This document shows, piece by piece, positions 9,540-17,717 of a DNA stretch of 64,000 bases. A program made the position numbers and the translations under genes. A model generated the notes under the pieces. It had not been told where the DNA came from, ran no database searches, and worked only from the letters and a program-made list of their open reading frames with translations. The stretch spans positions 301-64,300 of the forward strand of contig JAZRMP010000059.1 in assembly GCA_045647705.1 (NCBI GenBank), given 5' to 3'. Numbering within the stretch: position 1 is the stretch's first letter; each line of letters opens with the position of its first letter. This stretch comes from Faecousia sp. GTDB lineage: Bacteria; Bacillota; Clostridia; Oscillospirales; Oscillospiraceae.

Positions 9540-10580
9540 ATGAAAAAGAATCTCAACATCGCCGTCATCGGTTGCAGTGGTATGGCAAAGCGCCATATGG
9601 AAGGTGTCGTAGCAAAAGAGGGCGCAACCCTTTACGCTATTTGTGATCCCGCTACCGACGGAAGACTGGAAACCAGAAAAGAAGCATACAACGTTCCCGT
9701 TGCGGTAAAGGATTATAAGGAATTGGTAAATGACCCGAACATTGACGCCGCAGTTATCGTAACCCCCGACGATTTCCATCTGGAAATGAGCGCCGCATTT
9801 ATGCGCGCCGGCAAAGACGTTCTTTGCGAAAAACCCATGGCTCTTACGATGGAAGAATGCGAAGAAATGATGCGTGTGGAAAAGGAAACCGGCAGAAAGC
9901 TGATGATCGGTCAGGTTTGCCGTTGCACTCCCGCATTCGTTCTTGCAAAGCAGCTGATCGATGAAGGAAGAATCGGCGAGCTTTATTATGTAGAAAGCGA
10001 ATATGCTCACGACTACAGCATTGCCCGCGGTTATAACGATTGGCGCGTTAATCCCAAGAGAGAGGGATTCATCGGCGGCGGTTGCCACGCGGTTGACCTT
10101 CTTCGTTGGATCGCAGGCGATCCCACTGAGGTTCACGCTTACACCAACCACAAGTGCCTCACCGATTGGCCTGTAAACGATGCTACCATCGCTATCTATC
10201 AGTTCCCCAATAACGTTATGGGTAAGGTATTCGTTTCCATCGGATGCAAGAGAGGCTACACTATGCGTTCCTGCTTCTACGGAACGAAAGGTACCATCAT
10301 TTGCGACAACACCTCTGCTACGCTCCAGCTCTTCGAAAATCTGGGCGGCATGGCTTCTAACGGCAAAAAGCCCGATTACACCGAAGCAAAAGAGATCCCC
10401 GTGGAAATCAAGAGCCACAACGTTACTGCAGAGATCGACGTTTTCGTTGACGCTCTTATCAACGAAAAGCCCATGCCTGTAACCAGCATGGAAGGCGCTT
10501 CCACCGTAGCGGTTTGCTGTGCAACCGTTGCCGCTGCAAAGGAAGGAAAGACCTTGGAGATCAAATATCCCAAAGCTTAA
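9540..10580 (+). CDS. Gfo/Idh/MocA-family NAD(P)-dependent oxidoreductase
   Basis: IAVIGCSG, TPDDFH, AGKDVLCEKP, GGCHAVD; RBS AAGGAG. Confidence 0.9.
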   Translation: MKKNLNIAVIGCSGMAKRHMEGVVAKEGATLYAICDPATDGRLETRKEAYNVPVAVKDYKELVNDPNIDAAVIVTPDDFHLEMSAAFMRAGKDVLCEKPMALTMEECEEMMRVEKETGRKLMIGQVCRCTPAFVLAKQLIDEGRIGELYYVESEYAHDYSIARGYNDWRVNPKREGFIGGGCHAVDLLRWIAGDPTEVHAYTNHKCLTDWPVNDATIAIYQFPNNVMGKVFVSIGCKRGYTMRSCFYGTKGTIICDNTSATLQLFENLGGMASNGKKPDYTEAKEIPVEIKSHNVTAEIDVFVDALINEKPMPVTSMEGASTVAVCCATVAAAKEGKTLEIKYPKA

Positions 10581-10602
10581 TTTTTGGCATAAAAAATCCC
10601 GC

Positions 10603-10762
10603 AAAAACGGAGACACTTCGCAAAGAAGTTGTCTCCGTTTGTTTTTTTATATAAAAATGACGCCTTCGGTCTGAAAGTGTCATAGCGGGTTACATACTTT
10701 AAATAAAACTGAGGCACCTTCCTTACGGAGGGTACCTCTTCCTCCCCTTTTTATTTTGTCAG
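10603..10762 (-). repeat. Right inverted arm of the cassette
   Basis: Same hairpin modules as the left arms, in mirror order. Confidence 0.85.
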
Positions 10763-10827
10763 AGAAACTTGTGGCAGTTTTGGAAAAAGCTTGACAGATG
10801 TGCAGCCGAAGAATATAATGTTATAAA

Positions 10828-11092
10828 CCGTTGAGGAAGAGTGAGTAAGCCTTATAAGTCTTTCCCAAGAGAGCCGCAGAGGGTGGAAGTGCGGCGTTAG
10901 ACCTAGGGCCCAATGGACTTCCGAGGGCAACCAGAAAGGGGCAAGCCCGAGTATGCGAGCCGGAGCGACCCTCCGTTACCAAAGTCGGCGTATGTCAGTA
11001 CGCATAAGTGGGCGCAGACGCGCCAAGCCGGGTGGCACCGCAGGAATTTTCTCCTGTCCCAGCGAGTAACGACGCAGGGGCGGGTTTTTTTC
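10828..11092 (+). ncRNA. T-box leader with Trp (UGG) specifier
   Basis: AGTA/AGAGA..GGTGGAA stem I, TGG at 10914-10916, antiterminator GGGTGGCACCGC (~11030), terminator with T-run; promoter TTGACA-17-TATAAT at 10791-10819. Confidence 0.92.
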
Positions 11093-11121
11093 GTCCCTTA
11101 CCTCAGAAAGGAGAAACGATT

Positions 11122-12492
11122 ATGTCTGAGAAAACCATTCCCTACAAAATTTATCTGGAAGAGAGCGAGATGCCCGAATCATGGTATAACCTCCGGGCAG
11201 ATATGGTCAACAAGCCTGCTCCTATGCTCAATTCCCAAACGTTGGAGCCTATGACAGCTCAGGAGCTGCGCCAGATTTTCTGCGATGAACTGGTGAAGCA
11301 GGAAATGGATGAGACAAACCCCTATATTCCCATCCCACAGGAGATCCGAGACTTCTATAAGATGTACCGCCCTGCGCCTCTGGTCCGGGCCTACTGTCTG
11401 GAAAAAAAGCTGGGCACACCGGCAAAAATATACTACAAGTTTGAGGGCAACAACACCTCCGGCTCCCATAAGCTCAATTCCGCCATAGCACAGGCGTACT
11501 ATGCCAAGCAGCAGGGCCTGAAGGGCGTTACCACCGAGACCGGTGCCGGTCAGTGGGGCACTGCTCTTTCCATGGCTTGTTCCTATTTTGATCTGGACTG
11601 CAAGGTGTATATGGTAAAGTGCTCCTATGAGCAGAAGCCCTTCCGCCGGGAGGTCATGCGTACCTATGGCGCATCTGTTACCCCCTCTCCCTCTATGGAT
11701 ACCCAGGTGGGCAGAAAGATTCTTGCAGCCCATCCCGGCACTACCGGAAGCCTTGGCTGTGCGATTTCCGAAGCAGTAGAAGCGGCTACCTCCATGGAGG
11801 GCTACCGCTATGTGCTGGGAAGCGTGTTCAATCAGGTAATGCTCCACCAGAGCGTGATCGGTCTGGAAACCAAGGCGGCTTTGGATAAGTACGATGTAAA
11901 GGCGGATGTTATTATCGGCTGCGCCGGCGGCGGCTCCAATTTGGGCGGTCTTATTGCACCCTTTATGGGTGAAAAGCTCCGGGGCGAGGCGGATTACCGA
12001 ATCATTGCGGTAGAGCCTGCCTCCTGTCCCAGCCTCACCAGAGGCAAATATGCCTACGACTATTGCGATACCGGCATGGTCTGCCCCTTGTCCAAGATGT
12101 ATACCCTGGGCAGTGGCTTCATCCCCTCTGCCACCCACGCCGGCGGTCTGCGGTACCACGGTATGAGCTCCACCCTGTCTCAGCTTTATGACGATGGCTT
12201 GATGGAAGCGGTGTCGGTGAAGCAGACAGAGGTATTTGCGGCGGCAGAATATTTTGCCCGGATCGAAGGCATCCTGCCTGCTCCCGAAAGCTCCCACGCT
12301 ATTAAGGTGGCGATTGATGAGGCTGTCCGGTGCAAGGAGACCGGCGAGGAAAAGACGATTGTCTTTGGCTTGACCGGCACCGGCTACTTCGATATGTATG
12401 CCTATGAAAAGTTCCACGACGGCAAAATGGATGATTACGCTCCCACCGACGAGGAACTGGAAAAGAGCTTTGCAAACCTGCCCAAAGTGTAA
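11122..12492 (+). CDS. trpB: TrpB-like (TrpB2) PLP enzyme, stand-alone tryptophan synthase beta
   Basis: SGSHKLNSA, TETGAGQWG, GCAGGGSN, HAGGLRYHG, PAPESSHA. Confidence 0.93.
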   Translation: MSEKTIPYKIYLEESEMPESWYNLRADMVNKPAPMLNSQTLEPMTAQELRQIFCDELVKQEMDETNPYIPIPQEIRDFYKMYRPAPLVRAYCLEKKLGTPAKIYYKFEGNNTSGSHKLNSAIAQAYYAKQQGLKGVTTETGAGQWGTALSMACSYFDLDCKVYMVKCSYEQKPFRREVMRTYGASVTPSPSMDTQVGRKILAAHPGTTGSLGCAISEAVEAATSMEGYRYVLGSVFNQVMLHQSVIGLETKAALDKYDVKADVIIGCAGGGSNLGGLIAPFMGEKLRGEADYRIIAVEPASCPSLTRGKYAYDYCDTGMVCPLSKMYTLGSGFIPSATHAGGLRYHGMSSTLSQLYDDGLMEAVSVKQTEVFAAAEYFARIEGILPAPESSHAIKVAIDEAVRCKETGEEKTIVFGLTGTGYFDMYAYEKFHDGKMDDYAPTDEELEKSFANLPKV

Positions 12493-12498
12493 AGAGAG

Positions 12499-12535
12499 GA
12501 AACCCAGACTGGAGTTATTCGGTCTGGGTTTTTCA
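12499..12535 (+). terminator. Intrinsic terminator
   Basis: GAAACCCAGAC..GTCTGGGTTTTTC. Confidence 0.7.
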
Positions 12536-12654
12536 TTGCATTTTCATTTTGAGAGGTTGGGGGTATTCTGTTATAAGTGAGAAAATGAGACAATAAATAG
12601 GCGATTGCCGTGTTGACATTCCGGTGGGCGCGTGCTACAATGTTTCCGACAACT

Positions 12655-12868
12655 TGATACCTTTTCCGTGGCGGTCGGGGCGTATGGCTCCGGCTGCTGA
12701 ACAAGATAACCGGGTGTAAGTCCCGGACGGTACCGCCGCTGTAAGTGTTGAGGTGCTGCTTTTGGTGAAAGCCGACCACTGGAAGAAATTCCGGGAAGGT
12801 TAAGCAGCTCCGCAGAAGGGTCGCAACCCCCTTCCCAGACATAAGTCAGAAGACCTACGGAAATGGCT
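12655..12868 (+). ncRNA. Cobalamin riboswitch
   Basis: CCGGGTG.AA.TCCCGG.CGG..CCGCCGCTGTA..CCACTGG..CCGGGAAGG..AAGTCAGAAGACCT B12-box; P1 TTTCCGT/ACGGAAA. Confidence 0.92.
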
Positions 12869-12972
12869 TCTCCGCCTCCTGCGTGTTATGGGAGGGGCGT
12901 TTGTCGCAGACAAACGGCTGCGGCACCCTTTTTGGGTGCCGCAGAATTTTATTTTCAGGAGGATTTTAACAA

Positions 12973-13374
12973 ATGAAAAAATGGATCGCATTACTTCTGG
13001 CACTGACCCTTGCCCTTTCTTTGGCAGCCTGTGGCATTGCAGGACAGTCCAAAGAGACAGATGGGGAGCCCAGCGAAACCGGCATGATGGCATTTACGGT
13101 GATCGTGGTTCACGCCGACGGCAGCAGCAAAGAATTTACCTATGAGACAACGGAGACTTATGTGGGACCCGTGCTGACAGCAGACGGCTTACTCAAAGGA
13201 AATGACGGCCCCTACGGCTTGGAGATTACAGAGGTTGATGGAGAGCGTGCTGTTTACGAAACGGATAAGGCATATTGGGCTGTTTATGTAGGCGAGGAAT
13301 ATGCTTTAACCGGTATTGATACCACACCGGTAGAAAACGGTGGTGTTTACAAGCTGGTATATACCCGTGCATAA
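12973..13374 (+). CDS. Lipoprotein with DUF4430-like (transcobalamin C-terminal-like) domain
   Basis: Lipobox LAAC; ITEVDG..YWAVYV..TGID pattern; downstream of the B12 riboswitch. Confidence 0.75.
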   Translation: MKKWIALLLALTLALSLAACGIAGQSKETDGEPSETGMMAFTVIVVHADGSSKEFTYETTETYVGPVLTADGLLKGNDGPYGLEITEVDGERAVYETDKAYWAVYVGEEYALTGIDTTPVENGGVYKLVYTRA

Positions 13375-13375
13375 C

Positions 13376-13876
13376 ATGAAGCTGACACTGCGGCAGGTCG
13401 CTCTGTTTGGCGTGCTGGGGGCGTTGACCTTCGGTGCCAAGGTTGCCATGAGCGCACTCCCCAACATCGAGCCTGTTTCCTTGATGGTGATGCTGTTTGC
13501 AGTGGTTTTCGGCTGGAAAGCGATATACCCGATTTATCTGTATGTATTGATGGAAACCATGCTTTACGGCATTAATTTATGGAACATCAACTATTTGTAC
13601 GTGTGGCTGGTGCTGGCACTGGCGGCACTGGCGATGCGAAGGCTGCGCCACCCAATTTGGTGGGCACTGCTTTCCGGTTCCTTTGGCATGGCCTTTGGCT
13701 TGTTGTGTTCGCCGGTGTATATGATTATCGGCGGCTTTGATTATGGGATTCGTTGGTGGCTGGCAGGAATCATCTTTGATATTCCCCATGCTATCGGTAA
13801 TTTTGTAATCGCGCTGGTGCTGTTTGTACCACTGCGAAGGCTGTTAACCGGACTGTACAGAAAGATGCAAAACTAG
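13376..13876 (+). CDS. ECF transporter S component, CbrT-like (cobalamin)
   Basis: Hydrophobic; LPNIEPVS motif, FDIPHAIGNF; B12 riboswitch operon. Confidence 0.78.
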   Translation: MKLTLRQVALFGVLGALTFGAKVAMSALPNIEPVSLMVMLFAVVFGWKAIYPIYLYVLMETMLYGINLWNINYLYVWLVLALAALAMRRLRHPIWWALLSGSFGMAFGLLCSPVYMIIGGFDYGIRWWLAGIIFDIPHAIGNFVIALVLFVPLRRLLTGLYRKMQN

Positions 13877-13942
13877 AAAAAATCCACTCTCTGCGGAGAG
13901 TGGATTTTTGTATAGTTATTATAAAATTGGATAGGATTATAA

Positions 13943-14383
13943 TCAGCCTGCCAAAACCTCTGCCCGAATCACACCGGAAAGCTGTCCGGCTTGGTGCAGC
14001 AGTTCCTCCAGGGAAATCTCCAAATCGACGGTTTCTGCGGAAATAGTAACCAGCGCGCAGCCGTTGGAGGGGATGATGGAGTTGATGGTTTGGATATTGA
14101 TCTCGTGGTCAGCAAAGATGCTTAAAAGAGAGGAAAGAAGCCCTTTTTGATCCTGTAGAAGAAATTGGAATGTTATGATTCGTCCGGTCATCATATTCTG
14201 AAAGGGGCGCACCGCATCCCGGTACTTATAAAAGGCACTGCGGCTTATGCCGGTAAGTCTGGTGGCATCATTCACTGTGGAGGCCTCGCCGGTTTGTAAA
14301 AGGTGCTTCGCCTCTGCCACCCGCAGAAAAACTTCGGGCAGTGCGGATGCTTCAACGATGTAATATTTATGCATATTGTTCAT
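13943..14383 (-). CDS. ACT-domain protein (PheB/ThrR-like regulator)
   Basis: YYIVEASALPEVF..GISRSAFYKYRD HTH plus ACT (GLLS..NIQTINS); RBS GGAGGG. Confidence 0.85.
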   Translation of the reverse strand: MNNMHKYYIVEASALPEVFLRVAEAKHLLQTGEASTVNDATRLTGISRSAFYKYRDAVRPFQNMMTGRIITFQFLLQDQKGLLSSLLSIFADHEINIQTINSIIPSNGCALVTISAETVDLEISLEELLHQAGQLSGVIRAEVLAG

Positions 14384-14477
14384 GGCGGGTCCCTCCAAAA
14401 AACCAAATGTCTGTCTACCGTGGACAAGTGTATCACATACCGCAACAAAAAGCAAGCCCCGGAAAAGGAGAAATCCC

Positions 14478-15506
14478 ATGACCTTGAAGAAAATTTGGAC
14501 ATTGCTGGGCGTTGTTGCCGCCCTTTGGCTAGGTGTAAAATATCTGGTGCCGATTTTGCTGCCCTTCCTTCTGGGGGCGGGGCTGGCTCTGGCGGCGGAG
14601 CCCTTGGTGCGTCCTGTGGCAACCCGTCTGCCCCGGGCAGCCGCCGCCGGGATTGGCGTAACTGCTACCTTGTTGGGGATTTCCGCAATTTTGTCTCTGG
14701 TGGGCGCGGTGGCGGTGAAAGAACTGGGTGGTCTGGCGGGGATGGTACCCACGCTGACCGGTACTGCCCGGCAGGGGATACAGCTTTTGCAGGACTGGCT
14801 GGTAAGTCTGTCAGAGCAGGCACCGGAGGAGGTGCGGCCGGTCTTGCAAAAAACGGTTTTAGACTTTTTTAATGATGGGACGGTACTTTTGCAGCAGGTA
14901 ACCCAGAGAGTGCCCGGTGCAGTAACCTCAGCCCTAAGTGGTTTGGGGCAGGGGGCACTGGGGCTTGGGACTGGGGTGGTGTCGGCCTTTTTAATCTCCG
15001 GCAGACTGCCAAAATTGAAAAAAATGGTGGCGCAAAGGCTTCCGGAAAGCTGGAACACAAAATATTTGCCGGCACTGAAACGGGTAAAAACAGCCTTGGG
15101 CGGCTGGCTGAAGGCGCAGCTTAAGTTATCCGGCGTAACTTGGGGGATTGTAACGATTGGGCTTTTGGTACTGCGAATCCCCTATGCCCCGGCTTGGGCT
15201 GTTCTGGTGGCGGTCGTGGACGCGGTCCCTATTCTGGGAACCGGTACGGTTTTGGTGCCTTGGGCGTTGATTTGTCTGTTACAAGGGGAAAGTTTGCGCG
15301 CCATTGGTCTTTTGTGTACCTATGGGGCGGCGGCAATGACACGGACGGTTCTGGAGCCCCGGTTGGTGGGGCGGCAGCTTGGGATGGACCCTCTGGCAAC
15401 GCTGGTGGCACTGTATGTAGGCTACCGTTTTTGGGGAATCCCCGGTTTGCTGCTGACACCTATTCTGGCCTCGGCAGCAAAGAGCCTGATTACCCCGGAA
15501 GGATAA
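14478..15506 (+). CDS. AI-2E family membrane protein, YtvI-like
   Basis: LLPFLLG..AEP, GGWLKAQ, VDAVPILGTG..VPWA, LEPRLVG..GMDPL. Confidence 0.85.
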   Translation: MTLKKIWTLLGVVAALWLGVKYLVPILLPFLLGAGLALAAEPLVRPVATRLPRAAAAGIGVTATLLGISAILSLVGAVAVKELGGLAGMVPTLTGTARQGIQLLQDWLVSLSEQAPEEVRPVLQKTVLDFFNDGTVLLQQVTQRVPGAVTSALSGLGQGALGLGTGVVSAFLISGRLPKLKKMVAQRLPESWNTKYLPALKRVKTALGGWLKAQLKLSGVTWGIVTIGLLVLRIPYAPAWAVLVAVVDAVPILGTGTVLVPWALICLLQGESLRAIGLLCTYGAAAMTRTVLEPRLVGRQLGMDPLATLVALYVGYRFWGIPGLLLTPILASAAKSLITPEG

Positions 15507-15654
15507 TTGTTAATTTGACTGTGTGAGGTTTGTGTATCGCAATCGGTGCCTGTGGAAATGCGCCGAAAATCGGAATTTTTATCGGGAAATTTGCAAGTTA
15601 CTATTGTGCATCCTAGGCATTTTTGTTATAATATAAGGAAAATGTTATAATTGG

Positions 15655-17715
15655 ATGTGTTATGCTTTGAAATACGGAATCTGGAATATTGGGGAGCCGA
15701 AGGTGGATTCGGTAAACAATCTGGTAAATGGCGGGTATGCGCCTTTGGCCGCGATGGTGCTGGCTGCCAGGGGAATGGATCAACTGCAACAAGCAAGAGA
15801 ATATTTGCAGTGCGATGGTCCGTTGGTGGATCCCTGCCGTATGCGGGATATGGAAAAGGCCGCGCACCGGGTGCGGCTTGCCTTGGACCGGGGGGAAAAA
15901 ATCGCGGTATTCGGTGATTATGATGTGGACGGAATTACCGCCACCTGCCTGTTGACGGACTTTTTACGCAGTCTGGGCGGCGACTGTGTCCCCTATATCC
16001 CCGGGAGACTGGAAGAGGGATATGGCCTGAACCCTATTGCCATTCGGCAGCTTCATGAGGAAGGGGTTCGTCTGATTATTACCGTGGACTGTGGTATTAC
16101 AGCAGTGAATGAAGCCCGGTTCTGCGCCCAGTTAGGCATTGATCTGGTCATTACCGATCACCATGAATGTAAGGACGAGCTGCCGGAAGCCGTGGCGGTG
16201 GTAGACCCCCACCGGCCGGATTGCGCCTATCCGCATAAGGACTTGTCCGGCGTGGGTGTGGCTTTTAAGCTGGCAGCAGCTTTGTGCGGAAGTCAGGAAC
16301 GTGTACTTAAAGATTATGCAGACATGGTCTGCCTGGGAACTGTGGCAGATGTGATGCCCCTACAGGGAGAGAACCGTGTGTTTGTTTGCCGGGGGCTGGA
16401 AGCCCTGCAGAATACTCGCCGTGCCGGTATTCTGGCATTGCTGGAAAATGCGGGCTGCGACGGACGGTCGCTGACAGCTTCCTCCGTGGGCTATGTACTG
16501 GCTCCCCGAATCAATGCGGCAGGCCGCATGGGGCAGATTCAGCTTGCAGTGGATTTGTTTTTGACACAAGACCCCCAAAAGGCCCGGGAGGCGGCCGTTG
16601 CGCTGTGCGATTTAAATAAGCAAAGGCAGGCAGTGGAGGCAGAAATCTATGCCCAGGCGGTGGAAATACTGCCGAAAGACAGAACCCCCGATGCCATTGT
16701 CCTGGCAGATGAGACATGGCATCAAGGCGTGGTGGGGGTTGTTGCCAGCCGCATTGCGGAGGAGTATTGCTGTCCCACATTCCTGATCTGTCTGGACGGC
16801 GACCACGGAAAGGCCAGTTCTCGCAGTTTTGGAGGGTTTAACTTGTTTTTCTCCTTATCTAAGCTGTCCGATCTGTTGGAAAGCTATGGCGGCCATGAGT
16901 TGGCAGCGGGTTTTACAATCCGGCGGGAACAGATTCCTGCTTTTCGGGAGCAGATTGGAAGGCTTGCTCGGGCGTACTATGACGAGGATGCGCCCCGGAC
17001 AGTACTGGACGTGGACTGCGCGATCCCTCCGGAACTGCTGACCATTCCCAATATTGAATCGCTGGGCCAGTTAGAGCCTTGCGGCAACGGATGCCCCAAG
17101 CCTGTTCTGGTAATGCAGGGATTGATTGTGGATAGGATCCACCAGGTAGGCGGGGGCAGACACATGCGGCTGAGGCTGCATTGCGGCAGATATTCTCCCC
17201 AAGCCATTTGGTTTGGGACCAATGCGGAAACCGCCTCCATCGCCCCCGGTGATTTGGTGGATGTTGCTTTTGTCCCCCAGATCAACGAGTTCCGGGGGGA
17301 ACGGTCCGTGCAAATGAATGTGCTGGACATCCGTCCATCCTGTGGGGCAGAATGCTCCATGGATGTTTCCGGCTACCGCGCTCTGCGGGCGGGGAATATC
17401 GATCCCGGTGCTGCTCGTGTATTGGAACCGGACAGGAACACCCTTGCTATGGTGTGGCGGTATTTGGCAGCAGCACCCGGTGGTGAATTGAAGGAGGCCC
17501 CGGAATGTTTGTGTCGAAAGATTGTTCGGCAGACCGGCGTGCCTATGAATCTGGGGACATTGCTGACCTGTTTGGATGTGTTTGCCGATGTGGGACTGCT
17601 GCAATTACAGTGGTGCCACAAACACATAACCATTCGTCTGGTCCCCACCCGGGAAAAGGCTGACTTGTCTCAGAGCCGGACGATGCAGCAGCTGTGTGCC
17701 GCGAAAGAGGGTTGA
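15655..17715 (+). CDS. recJ: Single-stranded DNA exonuclease RecJ
   Basis: GDYDVDG, EGYGLN, TVDCG, TDHH, GTVAD, PRINAAGR, GGHELAAG. Confidence 0.95.
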   Translation: MCYALKYGIWNIGEPKVDSVNNLVNGGYAPLAAMVLAARGMDQLQQAREYLQCDGPLVDPCRMRDMEKAAHRVRLALDRGEKIAVFGDYDVDGITATCLLTDFLRSLGGDCVPYIPGRLEEGYGLNPIAIRQLHEEGVRLIITVDCGITAVNEARFCAQLGIDLVITDHHECKDELPEAVAVVDPHRPDCAYPHKDLSGVGVAFKLAAALCGSQERVLKDYADMVCLGTVADVMPLQGENRVFVCRGLEALQNTRRAGILALLENAGCDGRSLTASSVGYVLAPRINAAGRMGQIQLAVDLFLTQDPQKAREAAVALCDLNKQRQAVEAEIYAQAVEILPKDRTPDAIVLADETWHQGVVGVVASRIAEEYCCPTFLICLDGDHGKASSRSFGGFNLFFSLSKLSDLLESYGGHELAAGFTIRREQIPAFREQIGRLARAYYDEDAPRTVLDVDCAIPPELLTIPNIESLGQLEPCGNGCPKPVLVMQGLIVDRIHQVGGGRHMRLRLHCGRYSPQAIWFGTNAETASIAPGDLVDVAFVPQINEFRGERSVQMNVLDIRPSCGAECSMDVSGYRALRAGNIDPGAARVLEPDRNTLAMVWRYLAAAPGGELKEAPECLCRKIVRQTGVPMNLGTLLTCLDVFADVGLLQLQWCHKHITIRLVPTREKADLSQSRTMQQLCAAKEG

Positions 17716-17717
17716 TC

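Larger units (their letters stand above)
7155..10762. mobile_element. Putative non-autonomous cargo cassette bounded by long, imperfect, hairpin-rich inverted repeats
   Basis: 7155-7210 plus 7446-7546 are the imperfect reverse complement of 10603-10762; the interior is visibly AT-richer and differs in codon use. Confidence 0.6.

Noticed and set aside
5866-12417. Long antisense ORFs 5866-7206, 9381-10616 and 11179-12417
   Set aside because: Each fully overlaps a well-supported gene on the other strand and lacks recognisable motifs
14384-15058. N-terminal extension making the ACT protein 371 aa
   Set aside because: Antisense to the ytvI-like gene; RBS and family length support the start at 14383
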